DNA of 64,000 nucleotides from Candidatus Freyarchaeum deiterrae (GTDB taxonomy: Archaea > Asgardarchaeota > Jordiarchaeia > Jordiarchaeales > Jordiarchaeaceae), in NCBI GenBank assembly GCA_037305845.1, contig CP147778.1:2496001-2560000 (forward strand), given 5' to 3'. Both the position numbers and the translations under genes were made by a program. The notes under the pieces are model-generated. The model was not told the DNA's origin, did not search any database, and saw only the letters and a list, made by a program, of their open reading frames with translations. Below are positions 1-10,261 of this stretch, in pieces (the stretch's first letter is position 1; each line of letters opens with the position of its first letter).

Positions 1-615
1 AAGTTGAAGCCAGATGTTGTGATTGTTGCTGCTGGCGGGAGTCCTCTGGTTCCCAAGATTCCCGGAATTGATGGTTCTAACGTGGTTATGTCTTGGGATG
101 TGCTTGCTGGTAAGGTTGCCGTGGGTAGAAAGGCTGTTGTGGTGGGAGGCGGCGGTGTGGGCTGCGAAGCGGGTCTCTACCTTACTGATCATGCTTCTAT
201 TACTCCGGAGCAGATGATGTTTCTTGTGAACTTTGGGGTTTTGGACTTGCAGACGGCTTACGACATGGCGAGGAAGACGCGTGACGTTACTATTGTGGAG
301 ATGCTTGACAAGATGGGTGCGGATATTGGCAGAACCTGTCGTTGGACGATTCTTAAGACTTTGTCTATGTGTGGAGTGCAGATGTTGACTAACGCCAAAG
401 TGGCGGAGATTACTGATAAAGGCGTGATTCTTGAGAACGGTGATCTTCTTGAGGCGGATACGGTGGTCGTAGCGGTGGGTACTGTTCCCAACAATGAGCT
501 TATTGACCAGTTGGAGGGCTTGGCTCCTGAAATGTACTCTATAGGTGACTGTGTGCAGCCCAGGAAAGCGTATGAAGCGGTTCACGAGGGAGCTGAAATA
601 GCTCACAAAATTTAG
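1..615 (+). CDS. C-terminal part of NADH:flavin oxidoreductase / 2,4-dienoyl-CoA reductase (FadH-like), truncated by window edge
   Basis: VVVGGGGVGCE dinucleotide-binding motif, VTIVEMLDKMG, ADTVVVAVG, IGDC..PR...EAVHEG typical of OYE/FadH C-terminal domain. Confidence 0.85.
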   Translation, partial: KLKPDVVIVAAGGSPLVPKIPGIDGSNVVMSWDVLAGKVAVGRKAVVVGGGGVGCEAGLYLTDHASITPEQMMFLVNFGVLDLQTAYDMARKTRDVTIVEMLDKMGADIGRTCRWTILKTLSMCGVQMLTNAKVAEITDKGVILENGDLLEADTVVVAVGTVPNNELIDQLEGLAPEMYSIGDCVQPRKAYEAVHEGAEIAHKI

Positions 616-975
616 TCACGTCTGCTGTTCCCCTGTATACTTGTTCGATGCGCTGAGGTGGACTTTAATTCACCTTTCTACTTTTCCTTTTTCGGTGCCT
701 ATTTTTTCTAAAAGTTGAACACAGGGTTTTTATAGTTGTTTATTTTTTTATTTTTAATTTATAAATTCGAATAAAGGGAAGGCAAGAATTTTTAAGGGGC
801 TGTTAACGGAGCCGTTTGCCCGTTGGAACAAATTTATAAGGATTAGATGAGGTTCACAGTATTATAACTTATAAGCAAGTTGGCACTCATTAGTTGGTGT
901 TTGATTCTTTAGTGTGGCTTAGAAACAGTTATTTATTGATGCCCTTTAGTAATTAGGCTCAAGGAGGTCAAGCAA

Positions 976-2055
976 GTGGGTAAAATTAGAGTAGCTATTA
1001 CCGGGCTTGGTAACTGTGCTAGTGCAATTATTCAAGGAGTCCGCTATTATCAAAACGCTAAAAAGGAAGAAACTGTTCCCGGTTTGATGCACGTGAATTT
1101 TGGAGGATACTACCCCAAAGACATTGAATTCGTCGCAGCGTTTGATGTTAACACAAATAAGATAGGTAAGGACGTGAGTGAAGCTATTTTCGCCCAGCCC
1201 AACTGTGTTAGAAAGTTTGCTGAAGTACCAGAGTTAGGTGTTAAGGTTCTCCCGGGTCCGATACTAGACGGTGTCGCGCCTCACATGGTGAAATCCTTTT
1301 TCTGCTACGATTCCAAGAAGATGGACCCTGTTGATGTGGCTGAAGCCCTGAGGGAGGCTAAGGCGGATATTCTGGTGAACTTCATACCTGTGGGAAGCAT
1401 TGAAGCCACTAGGCATTATGCTACTGCGGCTTTGGAAGCGGGCTGCGCGTTTGCATGCTGTATACCGGAGTTCATATGTTCTGATCCTGTATGGGCTAGT
1501 AAGTTTGAGGACGCCGGTTTACCAGTTGCTGGTGACGATATCAAGAGTCAGCTCGGAGCCACTATTCTTCACAGAACCCTCGTGAATCTCTTTCTTGATA
1601 GGGGCGTCAAAATAGATGATACCTATCAGTTGAACATCGGAGGAGACACGGATTTCGAAAACATGACTGTGGAGGAAAGGCTGAAAAGCAAGAGAATCAG
1701 CAAGACTGAAGCGGTTACAAGTCTAACCCCGTACAGTATACCCGTTAGGATAGGTCCCTCGGATTACGTGCCCTTCTTGGGGGACAAAAAAATATGCTAC
1801 ATTAGGCTTCACGGGAAAAAATTTGGAGACACGCCGGTGAGCGTGGAGGTTAAACTATCCGTGGAAGACTCTCCCAACAGTGCTGGGATGGTTATTGATG
1901 TTATTAGAGCGGTTAAACTGGCGCTTGATAGGAAAATTTCGGGACCGCTTATAAGCATCTCATCCTACGCGTTTAAGCATCCTCCCACCCAGACTACGGA
2001 TAACATTGCTCGACAGTGGGTTGAAGATTATATTCAAGGAAATCGAGAACGCTAA
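976..2055 (+). CDS. ino1: myo-inositol-1-phosphate synthase
   Basis: GLGNCAS, GDDIKSQLGAT, YQLNIGGDTDF, DSPNSAG motifs; SD ggagg upstream of GTG. Confidence 0.95.
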   Translation: MGKIRVAITGLGNCASAIIQGVRYYQNAKKEETVPGLMHVNFGGYYPKDIEFVAAFDVNTNKIGKDVSEAIFAQPNCVRKFAEVPELGVKVLPGPILDGVAPHMVKSFFCYDSKKMDPVDVAEALREAKADILVNFIPVGSIEATRHYATAALEAGCAFACCIPEFICSDPVWASKFEDAGLPVAGDDIKSQLGATILHRTLVNLFLDRGVKIDDTYQLNIGGDTDFENMTVEERLKSKRISKTEAVTSLTPYSIPVRIGPSDYVPFLGDKKICYIRLHGKKFGDTPVSVEVKLSVEDSPNSAGMVIDVIRAVKLALDRKISGPLISISSYAFKHPPTQTTDNIARQWVEDYIQGNRER

Positions 2056-2251
2056 AAATCGCTCCTTTCAAAGAATTTTTTAGATTCAACCCATCCCTTC
2101 TCTTTTAATATCCTATAATACTTATTGAAATCCCTAATTTTTGATATTTTTTGCATTATTTTTATTCTTTTGATTTAAATTTAATGAGAACGAAAATATT
2201 ATTAAACTCTTGGCGCCATTTTTATATCAATGAGGTTTTGGAGGAAAGCAA

Positions 2252-2449
2252 ATGAGTGAAACCCCTCCCACAGCGGAGCAAGTAAAAAAAGATAGAGATT
2301 TGCTGAAAAAGCTGCAAGATGAGAAGAAAAAAGAACTAGAAAAAAGCTTGGCTGATGGTAAAGCGAAAAGGGAAGCTGCGTTTAAAGAGGCAGCATCCAA
2401 GTTGGAACCTCATATTGGAGAAAAAGCGACAAAAAAACCTCTTGATTAA
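2252..2449 (+). CDS. small charged helical hypothetical protein
   Basis: ATG with ggagg SD, K/E-rich helical composition, T-rich tract downstream. Confidence 0.6.
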   Translation: MSETPPTAEQVKKDRDLLKKLQDEKKKELEKSLADGKAKREAAFKEAASKLEPHIGEKATKKPLD

Positions 2450-2588
2450 GCGCCATCAGTTCCCCATTTTTCTTTAATTCACAAAAAGCGGCCGCGACAA
2501 ATTACTCGCATCTACTTTTCTTTTTTTTAAGATTATTTGTTCTCACAATAAAAATAATGCAAAAATAAGTGGGATGAAAATTATTACA

Positions 2589-2768
2589 CTATTTCTTTTT
2601 TGTTCCTTCTTGTCTATTCCAGACTTCCTTTTTGAGCATGTCTCGGACAGCAACCCTTATAGCTTCGCTTCTACTTGGATAGATTCCATTTTCAACCAAC
2701 TCATTCAGGCCGTCAATGTAAGCATTCGGTAGCTTTATACTGATTAGCTTCATGGAAGGTTTCTTCAT
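2589..2768 (-). CDS. ribbon-helix-helix (CopG/Arc/MetJ) regulator, CdrS-like, 59 aa; absent from ORF track
   Basis: Manual translation MKKPSMKLISIKLPNAYIDGLNELVENGIYPSRSEAIRVAVRDMLKKEVWNRQEGTKKK; RSEAIRxAVRD RHH signature; ggtga SD upstream. Confidence 0.85.
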   Translation of the reverse strand: MKKPSMKLISIKLPNAYIDGLNELVENGIYPSRSEAIRVAVRDMLKKEVWNRQEGTKKK

Positions 2769-2975
2769 GATTTAGATCACCGGTATCAGAGTTAACTTAA
2801 TCTAATGGTTGGAAGGCATTAAAAAATGTTTTTAAAAGTAAAGATTAAATTTCTGATACATGGTGTTCAATTTTTTCAAAATGTCTATCAAAGAGAGGTT
2901 TGTTTAATATATCCGATTCGGAAGTTTCGCAAAACTAATAAATAACTGTGTTACAAAAGTGAAGTAACTATTTAA

Positions 2976-4517
2976 TTGGTGATAACTTTGTTTGAACACG
3001 AGGTAAGAAGTTTTCCGATAAAGACAAAGAGCATTTGTCCTGAATGTCAGAAAGTTATTGACGCCACACTATACGAGGAAGGCGGCAAAGTATACATGGA
3101 AAAAACCTGCCCTGAACACGGCAAGGTAACCGACTTATACTGGGGCGACGCTGAACTCTTCCAAAAGGTTGAGAAATGGTGGCTGGACTCGATTCCCCTA
3201 GAAAATCCCAGAACGAGAGAAAAACTCGGCTGCCCCTACGACTGCGGTATCTGCGATAAACACCATTCACACACCGCGTTAGGTCTCATAGATGTTACCA
3301 ATAGGTGTAATCTCCGATGCCCAATCTGTTTTGCAAACGCTGCAGTATCAGGCTACGTGTATGAACCATCCATAGAGCAGATACGCTTCATGCTAGAGAA
3401 CTTCAGAAGCAACAAACCAGTTCCCGCCCCCGCAATACAGTTTGCTGGCGGCGAGCCCACAGTTAGAGAGGATCTACCCGAAATCATCCGCATTGCGAAA
3501 GAGGTTGGTTTTCAACACGTGGAGATAGCCACTAACGGCATAAAACTAGCAGAGAGCGCAGATTACTGCCAAGAACTCAAAGACGCAGGCCTAAGCACAC
3601 CTTACATGCAGTTCGACGGTGTAACACCAGAACCCTATAAGGCAGCCCGAGGAGTGAACCTTCTGCCAAGAAAGCTGAAAGCTATTGAAAACTGTCGCAA
3701 GGCTGGTTTGACTTCTATTGTTCTTGTACCCACAATAGTCCGTGGAGTAAACGACAGCCAGATAGGAGACATCATACAATTCGCCTTGAAAAACATAGAC
3801 GTGATTCGAGGAATAATTTTCCAACCAGTGAGCATAACCGGAAGAATCGACGAATCCAAGAGACTGGATATGAGGATAACGATACCCGATGTTATGAAAA
3901 AATGCGAAGAACAGACCGAAGGAAAAATAAAATACGAAGATTTCTATCCCTGCAGCATAACCGCATCCATTTCACGAGCACTAACAGCCTACACCGGAAA
4001 CCCCATAGTAGAATTCGGAAACAATGTGCACTGCGGCATGGCCACCATACTCAGAATGGAAGAAAATGGAGAATACCATCCAATAACTTGGTACGTGAAT
4101 GTTGAAGGTTTCTTCGGAATGCTAGAGGGTGTGACCAAAGACTTTGAGCAAGGAAAAATGACCAGAGGCAAGTTAAAAGTAGTAACTGGAGCCCTACGCC
4201 ACTTTAAAAAGAAAGGAACACTCTTCAATTTAATGCGTGGCATGCTAAGCTCAGGTAAGTACGACTCTCTGGGCGACTTTATGAGATCAATACTCCTTGT
4301 AGGCATGATGCACTTCCAGGACCCATACAACTACGACCTTGAGAGAGTTAACAGATGCGTTATACACTACGGAATCCCTGATGGACGAATAATTCCCTTC
4401 TGCGCGTATAACAGCATTCACAGACCGCAGGTTGAAAAGCAGTTCGGCATACCTATCGAAGAGTACACAAAACAAAAGGGAAAAGCCATAACTCCAGCAA
4501 TAACTGAAAGCTCGTAA
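2976..4517 (+). CDS. tes: tetraether lipid synthase (GDGT-MAS, MJ0619-family radical SAM)
   Basis: N-terminal CPEC/CPEH, GCPYDCGICxxH, DVTNRCNLRCPICF radical SAM motif, C-terminal MHFQDPYNYDLERVNRCVIHY and IPFCAYN. Confidence 0.9.
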   Translation: MVITLFEHEVRSFPIKTKSICPECQKVIDATLYEEGGKVYMEKTCPEHGKVTDLYWGDAELFQKVEKWWLDSIPLENPRTREKLGCPYDCGICDKHHSHTALGLIDVTNRCNLRCPICFANAAVSGYVYEPSIEQIRFMLENFRSNKPVPAPAIQFAGGEPTVREDLPEIIRIAKEVGFQHVEIATNGIKLAESADYCQELKDAGLSTPYMQFDGVTPEPYKAARGVNLLPRKLKAIENCRKAGLTSIVLVPTIVRGVNDSQIGDIIQFALKNIDVIRGIIFQPVSITGRIDESKRLDMRITIPDVMKKCEEQTEGKIKYEDFYPCSITASISRALTAYTGNPIVEFGNNVHCGMATILRMEENGEYHPITWYVNVEGFFGMLEGVTKDFEQGKMTRGKLKVVTGALRHFKKKGTLFNLMRGMLSSGKYDSLGDFMRSILLVGMMHFQDPYNYDLERVNRCVIHYGIPDGRIIPFCAYNSIHRPQVEKQFGIPIEEYTKQKGKAITPAITESS

Positions 4518-4738
4518 AACTAGAAGCATTCGCTTCTCTTTTTATTATTTTTAAACAAATTTTTTGAAATTATTCTTAAATAACAAAACAAGAAGACATC
4601 ATACAAAAAGGTAAACCATTATTCGGCAATACTGTAGGCTACATGTTCATCCGCCAATTGTAAACCTGCAGAAAAGCTGAATTTTTTTATAATTGAGAAT
4701 GGGAGAAGAAAGTTACCAAGTTTTTGAGTTTGTTTCCC

Positions 4739-4948
4739 TTATCCTCCCTTTATTTTTGGTAGCACTATTATCTTGTTTCCTTTTTCTATTTCTTCACTGA
4801 GGTCTGCTTTTCTTCCGTTAACGATTACGGCGAAAAATTCTTCTTGTAGACCCAGTTCGTGTAGCAGTTCGGCGACTTTTTGACGATGTTCCGAAACTAG
4901 TTTAATGAGTCCCCCGCTTCGTTGTGCTTCAGGTTCGGACATCTGCAC
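4739..4948 (-). CDS. MoaD/ThiS/SAMP ubiquitin-like sulfur carrier (true start possibly ATG at 4942)
   Basis: AVIVNG beta-grasp motif, C-terminal LPKIKGG diglycine. Confidence 0.85.
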   Translation of the reverse strand: MQMSEPEAQRSGGLIKLVSEHRQKVAELLHELGLQEEFFAVIVNGRKADLSEEIEKGNKIIVLPKIKGG

Positions 4949-5154
4949 ACCTCCAATTACATAAACAAGTTTTTTTGAGGAAGATATTCTGAGAAATTAA
5001 AGTATTTCTTTTTACATAAAGCTTTCGTAGATGCCTTTTCAACAGTTTCGAAATAAGTAGGCTTAAATAGTAACATAAGAAATCATGTTGAAGGCTGCGG
5101 AATCAGCAAGGCCAACCGTTATAAAGAGAGGAGACGCTTGAGGAGAAAAACAGG

Positions 5155-6399
5155 GTGATAAAAACCTATACGGTTCCCCACAACCTCCAGCTGGACCAAT
5201 TCTTCTACGCCTACCTCACAGCCCTAAACAGCATGATCGGCGATGTCTGGAAAAACATCCAGTGGAAAGAAAAAACAATAAAGGGGAAAAAACAGAAGCG
5301 GATACTGCCCACCATCCCCAACTACACCTTCAAGAAGGAGATGAGAGAACAGTACCTGAATGGCTGGGAGTACGCCAGGCACTGGGTCGATTCCGCCCTG
5401 AAAACCGCGTTCTCCATAATAAACAGCTGGAAGAAAAACTACGCCAAAGGAAACCGCAAGAGGAAAAAGCCGGTCGTCAAACGCTGCTTTGTGAGAGTTA
5501 AACAAACACTAATGAGAATCAGTGGGGAAAAGCTACGCATCACCATCAAGCCAGGAGAATACGCAACTATTGATTTGTCGAAACGCTACTTCAGCATAAA
5601 GGGAGGAAGAATCGGGGAGCCCATACTAACCCCCACCAAGCTCCACTTACCCATAGAAACCAACCACGCGGAACAACAACAGCAAAAGGAGCCCGCTGAG
5701 CGGATCGGTTGGGACTCAAACAAGTTCTCAGTGGACGGTTTCTCACCCACCCACGGCTGGATAAAAATTGATTTGAAACCGCTGCACACCCTCCACACAA
5801 CCTACGACAACAAGATGCGCAACATAAACCAAGTGTACTCCAAAAACCGGCGGAAGGGAAAAAGGCTCTACCAAAAATATGGGAAGCGGTGCCGGAACCG
5901 GGTGAAAAACTACCTATGCCACATCGCCAAGCGGATAACCTCTTCATACTTTGGGCAGGCACTGCACGGTTTTGAAAAACTGGAGAAGCAGCGCATGAAA
6001 AAAGGGCACAAGCACCGGTGGAACCGGGAGCTGAACCAAGCGGATTGGCGTCTGCTCGTTTCCCTGATCCGAAACCGGGCACCGGTTGTCGAAGTCAGCC
6101 CCTTTTACACCTCAAAAACCTGCAGCAGGTGCGGGGAAATCCACAAAGCCCTAAGAAGCGAGAAGGTTTTCGAGTGCCCGTTCTGCGGGCTGCTAATCGA
6201 TCGGCAGCTGAACGCCAGCATAAACATTTATCTGAGGATGAGAGGAGTTTCCCCGCGAAGGGAGTGGTTCGACGCCACATTCATCGCGGGTAGGTTTCCC
6301 TTGATCGGGGTGGAGACAAAGATTCCCGATGAACTCGCGAGGGAATTATATGACTCTTTGAAACCCCAATACTACGTAAGTCTACCTCTGACTACATAG
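5155..6399 (+). mobile_element. tnpB: IS200/IS605-family TnpB (solo, IS1341-like; no tnpA nearby)
   Basis: RuvC-I IGWDSN, RuvC-II HGFEKL, TSKTCSRCG..CPFCG zinc ribbon, DRQLNASINI; more GC-rich than flanks. Confidence 0.85.
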
Positions 6400-6499
6400 T
6401 ATAAAACCTGTCTGTAATGTATCTTCTTTCTGATTCATTATGGCTCGAGCGATTCCTTTTTAAGTATTCAGGTATCTGTTGGAGCGCAGTAAAAATTGA

Positions 6500-6943
6500 G
6501 TGATGGTGAAGATGACTTCGGAACTACTTCTGAACGAGATTAGGAATATATTCTGGATTTTTCACACAAGCTATGATGAAATAGTTCAGGAACTGGAAGA
6601 AATAGATGCCGAAAATGCAATAGACGATTTCGACATCGCACTGGTGTCCTTCCTAGAAACAATTCACGTTTTAAATCTCGACAGCAATGTGGATGAACTA
6701 ATAAACAAATATCTGGTCATGCTAACAGGCCCCAAAGCCGCTGCAATGATAAGGGAGGAAGTATCTAAAAAAATCAAGGAAAAAGAAGAAAAGGAAGTAC
6801 GGGAAAGCCTGAAAGCCGCTCTATCCCAGGGTGAAATTGAGGAAATACAGGAACTACTAGAAGGAACCACAAGTTTCGTTAAGAAATGGCAAACAATATG
6901 GGCCAAAAGAAAAGACGAAGACCACAAAGGGCTCTACATCTAA
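6500..6943 (+). CDS. hypothetical acidic helical protein
   Basis: 147-aa ORF with protein-like composition; no recognised motif. Confidence 0.6.
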   Translation: MMVKMTSELLLNEIRNIFWIFHTSYDEIVQELEEIDAENAIDDFDIALVSFLETIHVLNLDSNVDELINKYLVMLTGPKAAAMIREEVSKKIKEKEEKEVRESLKAALSQGEIEEIQELLEGTTSFVKKWQTIWAKRKDEDHKGLYI

Positions 6944-7093
6944 TAATCCGATACAAAAATATTTTTAACACCACAAAATAATATCAAATCAAAACAAAAA
7001 GCAGAAGACCCGCAAAAACTCTACTTTTAAAATTTATATCAACACTTTAAACACCATAAAACAAACAGCAGCGCAAAGGCACACTTTACTATA

Positions 7094-7723
7094 CTATAAC
7101 TCATATCGGTGATTTATAAGATTCAACGCCGCTGCTAAAGCCCCCCTCCAAGCAGTCAAGTCATCATCAGCTGAGGTAATAATTATAGCATCCCCCTCAT
7201 GCACATCAAAAGCTTCTCTGATCATTTCACACTCTTTTTCGTTTAATTCGCGTATTGAAGGGATTATTAATCTTCCATTCTTGCAGATAATGGTGGTCGC
7301 CCCGCCGGCACCCACCTGAATAGCCTTATCCCGTTGTCCCTGCCCATTCGAAATTTTATCCGCAGCGTTCCTCAATCTAACACCGTAAAAGTTTTCTCCT
7401 CCAATAAGGAACAAGTAATTTTCCTGAAGCCTTTTCTCTTCAATAATAAACTTTCTTATCTCTTTAATAGTTTCTTCCCCCTCAACAGTTAGAATGTGTC
7501 CCTTTTTCTCCACAGGTCGGATTAAACTCAACTGGGCGAGTCGCCTCAGCAGAGTTCTGATTACTCCTGGACCCAGCTTCAACTGCTCTCTGAGAGCGTA
7601 TCTTCCGATGGGGTACTTCTTCTCCGAGAAAAACAACAGTACCATCAATACGTCATAGCTGTTGAAACTGGGGGAAATCGTCGGAGATTCCTTTATTGCT
7701 TCCAATAACTCCCCTATTTTCAT
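7094..7723 (-). CDS. winged-helix putative regulator (DUF4443/PH0730-like)
   Basis: IGRYALREQLKLGPGVIRTLLRRL wHTH, GHILTVEG wing, QRDKAIQVGAGGATTI motif. Confidence 0.75.
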   Translation of the reverse strand: MKIGELLEAIKESPTISPSFNSYDVLMVLLFFSEKKYPIGRYALREQLKLGPGVIRTLLRRLAQLSLIRPVEKKGHILTVEGEETIKEIRKFIIEEKRLQENYLFLIGGENFYGVRLRNAADKISNGQGQRDKAIQVGAGGATTIICKNGRLIIPSIRELNEKECEMIREAFDVHEGDAIIITSADDDLTAWRGALAAALNLINHRYEL

Positions 7724-8125
7724 ATAATCAATCCTAAATTTTCTAGTTTACAAATATATAAAAATATGATTACTAAAATTTACCCTATAACCTCATAACA
7801 ATGCCCTTAATTCTTGGAAGGCTTCTTGGACGACCAGCTCTTGTCCCTAAATCTTCTATTACCATCCTTTATTGTTGCTCTTATTAATTCTTAACTCTAA
7901 TGACAAACGAATTAAACTCATTGCGCTACGATAAGTTCAACATCCTAAATTTCATCGAGTATATTTGAAGTCTCTTAAAATTATACATTTGGGACAGTTA
8001 GAGTTATATTTCGTAAATTTTAAGGTAACTTAATAAAAAATACAAACAGGTTTCCTTGAGTGGAAAAAAACAAGATAAAACGTGAATTTTGGTTGAATTT
8101 AAACAGTTTGTAGGAAGGGGTTTCT

Positions 8126-9259
8126 TTGTACAAGGATTTGGAACGAGATGTGATAAACGCTGGAAAATGTGTTTTTTGCGGTACATGCATTTCCGCTTGC
8201 CCCGAAGGAGTGCTTGCATTGGATAAATGGGGTAAACGAGTAGTATCCACTGGAAGGTGTCGTATGGACTGTAATGTCTGTTATGAGATGTGCTTAGGGG
8301 TGAATCCTATTGAAGTTAATCAGAATGAAATATTTGGAGATTTCCAGGAGGTTGTTCAAGTTCGGTCTCTAATGAACGAAGCGAAAGATTACTCGTATTT
8401 CAAGTTCCAACCCATTAGTAAAAGTCTGGGAACCATAGCTAAACCGAAAAGTGGTGTGGTGTCCACGATCCTAATACACCTGCTGGAACAGCATCTAATC
8501 GACTGTGCGGTTGTGGCTGGGCGCAGGCAGGATGAGCCTTGGAGACCCTCACCCGCTATTGCGGCTTCCAAATTCGAAATCCTCTATGCTTGTGGAACGA
8601 AGCCTTTCCAATGCCCAACGAACGCTGTACTCCTCGATGCCGTAACGAAGTTTAAGAGTGTGGCCCTGGTGGGACTACCCTGTCATATAGAGGGGGCGCG
8701 AAGACTTGCACAGACGTATGAGGAATTCCGGGGGCCAATAACTTACTGGATCGGTATACCCTGCGGGAATGTTTTCAATCATGACCAATTAACCAAGCAG
8801 GCTGCGGGAATGGGCATAGACCCCGAAACAATCGTGGCCGTCGATTTCGACAACGAGGTATTCAAGGAGGAAACCCCCATTAAAAACCTAGGAATCTACA
8901 TAGTAACTAAAGATGGAAAAAAACACCCCATGAGCCTAAACGAGTTTAAAGCCTCCATGGCGAAAGAATGCATAACCTGCAAAGACTTCGCAGCGGAGCA
9001 CACGGATTTTTCAGTCGCCACACAAGGTTCCCCAGCTGGCTGGTCAACTGTCTTCATCCGGACGGACAAAGGAAAAGAACTTATCAACAAAATGGCTGGG
9101 GAAGCAAAAATAAACAAAAGACCCCTCGAATACGAGAAGGTGCAAGATAAAGCCACACTGGAAGCCCAGGCCGAAATGGTTTGGTTAAAAAGCCAACCCA
9201 AAACATGGATGAGCTTAGTCACTTCAGCCATAACCAAAAGGAATCGGCTGTATTACTAA
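8126..9259 (+). CDS. coenzyme F420 hydrogenase/dehydrogenase beta subunit (FrhB/FdhB family) with N-terminal ferredoxin
   Basis: CVFCGTCISACP, CNVCYEMC, SGVVSTIL, VGLPCH, GIPC, CITCKDF, GWSTVFIRT. Confidence 0.85.
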   Translation: MYKDLERDVINAGKCVFCGTCISACPEGVLALDKWGKRVVSTGRCRMDCNVCYEMCLGVNPIEVNQNEIFGDFQEVVQVRSLMNEAKDYSYFKFQPISKSLGTIAKPKSGVVSTILIHLLEQHLIDCAVVAGRRQDEPWRPSPAIAASKFEILYACGTKPFQCPTNAVLLDAVTKFKSVALVGLPCHIEGARRLAQTYEEFRGPITYWIGIPCGNVFNHDQLTKQAAGMGIDPETIVAVDFDNEVFKEETPIKNLGIYIVTKDGKKHPMSLNEFKASMAKECITCKDFAAEHTDFSVATQGSPAGWSTVFIRTDKGKELINKMAGEAKINKRPLEYEKVQDKATLEAQAEMVWLKSQPKTWMSLVTSAITKRNRLYY

Positions 9260-9423
9260 TAGACTATAATACATCAACACCTATTTACTCCAACACCTTT
9301 CAAACACTTGGCGTCATGAAAGTCCAGTACACCACCACATCATCAAAACCCAAACAGAATAAAGGGCGTCGCCTATTTCGCAACACTGGAATTAAATTAA
9401 AGGGTTGTTTTTGTGACATGTTT

Positions 9424-10179
9424 TCAATTAGCTCGGGACTTTTTGCAAACTGGACAGTTAGAATCACCCCGGGTTTCGCAGGTTACGAAAGTCATATCCT
9501 CCAAATCAAAGAATAGTAGTTTCCCGATCAGAGGTTCACCGATTCCCAGAATCAGTTTTATTACTTCTGTTGCTTGGAGAATCCCTAACAAGCCAGGTGT
9601 TACTCCCACAACCGGAAACCTCTCCGCTTCTGGGGGCTTTACGGGAAATATACATTTCAAACAGGGGCTTTTCCCGGGAACTATTGTGGTCATCTGACCC
9701 TGAAATCCGTAGATACCTGCGTGGACGAATGGGATTTTATTTTTAACGCACGCTTCATTAATCATGTATCTTATTTCGAAATTATCCATGGCGTCCACAA
9801 TTACGGTTGCCCCTGAGATGAGTTTATCTATGTTTTGTTCAGTGATATCTGTTTTTAACGCTTCCACTTTAATTTCCGGGTTTAATGCCAATATTTTTTC
9901 TTTTGCGGAAAGAACCTTAGGCTTCCCTATGTCTTTTTGCCAGTGCAGGATTTGCCTATTCAAATTACTGAGCTCAGAACTATCCTTGTCTACCAAAACT
10001 AGATGACCAACACCCGCAGCTCCAAGGTAAAGGGATGCCGGGCAACCCAACCCGCCAACACCCATAACCACAACCTTAGACTGCTTCAACTTTTTCTGTC
10101 CCTCCTCTCCCCACCCTGAAACTCGCATTTGCCTATCGTATCTATCCTTCTCGGAAATTGAAAGATCCACTTTTAGCAA
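9424..10179 (-). CDS. ThiF/MoeB/UbaA E1-like adenylyltransferase
   Basis: RYDRQ, GVGGLG, SNLNRQILH, PCLKC and CPVC zinc motifs. Confidence 0.92.
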   Translation of the reverse strand: MLKVDLSISEKDRYDRQMRVSGWGEEGQKKLKQSKVVVMGVGGLGCPASLYLGAAGVGHLVLVDKDSSELSNLNRQILHWQKDIGKPKVLSAKEKILALNPEIKVEALKTDITEQNIDKLISGATVIVDAMDNFEIRYMINEACVKNKIPFVHAGIYGFQGQMTTIVPGKSPCLKCIFPVKPPEAERFPVVGVTPGLLGILQATEVIKLILGIGEPLIGKLLFFDLEDMTFVTCETRGDSNCPVCKKSRAN

Positions 10180-10261
10180 ACCTCCATAAAATTAAAAAGT
10201 ATAATAATTTTAAAACCTAAAAAGGCCATTTTTTCTAATGCCGCTTAATTTTTGTGCTAAA

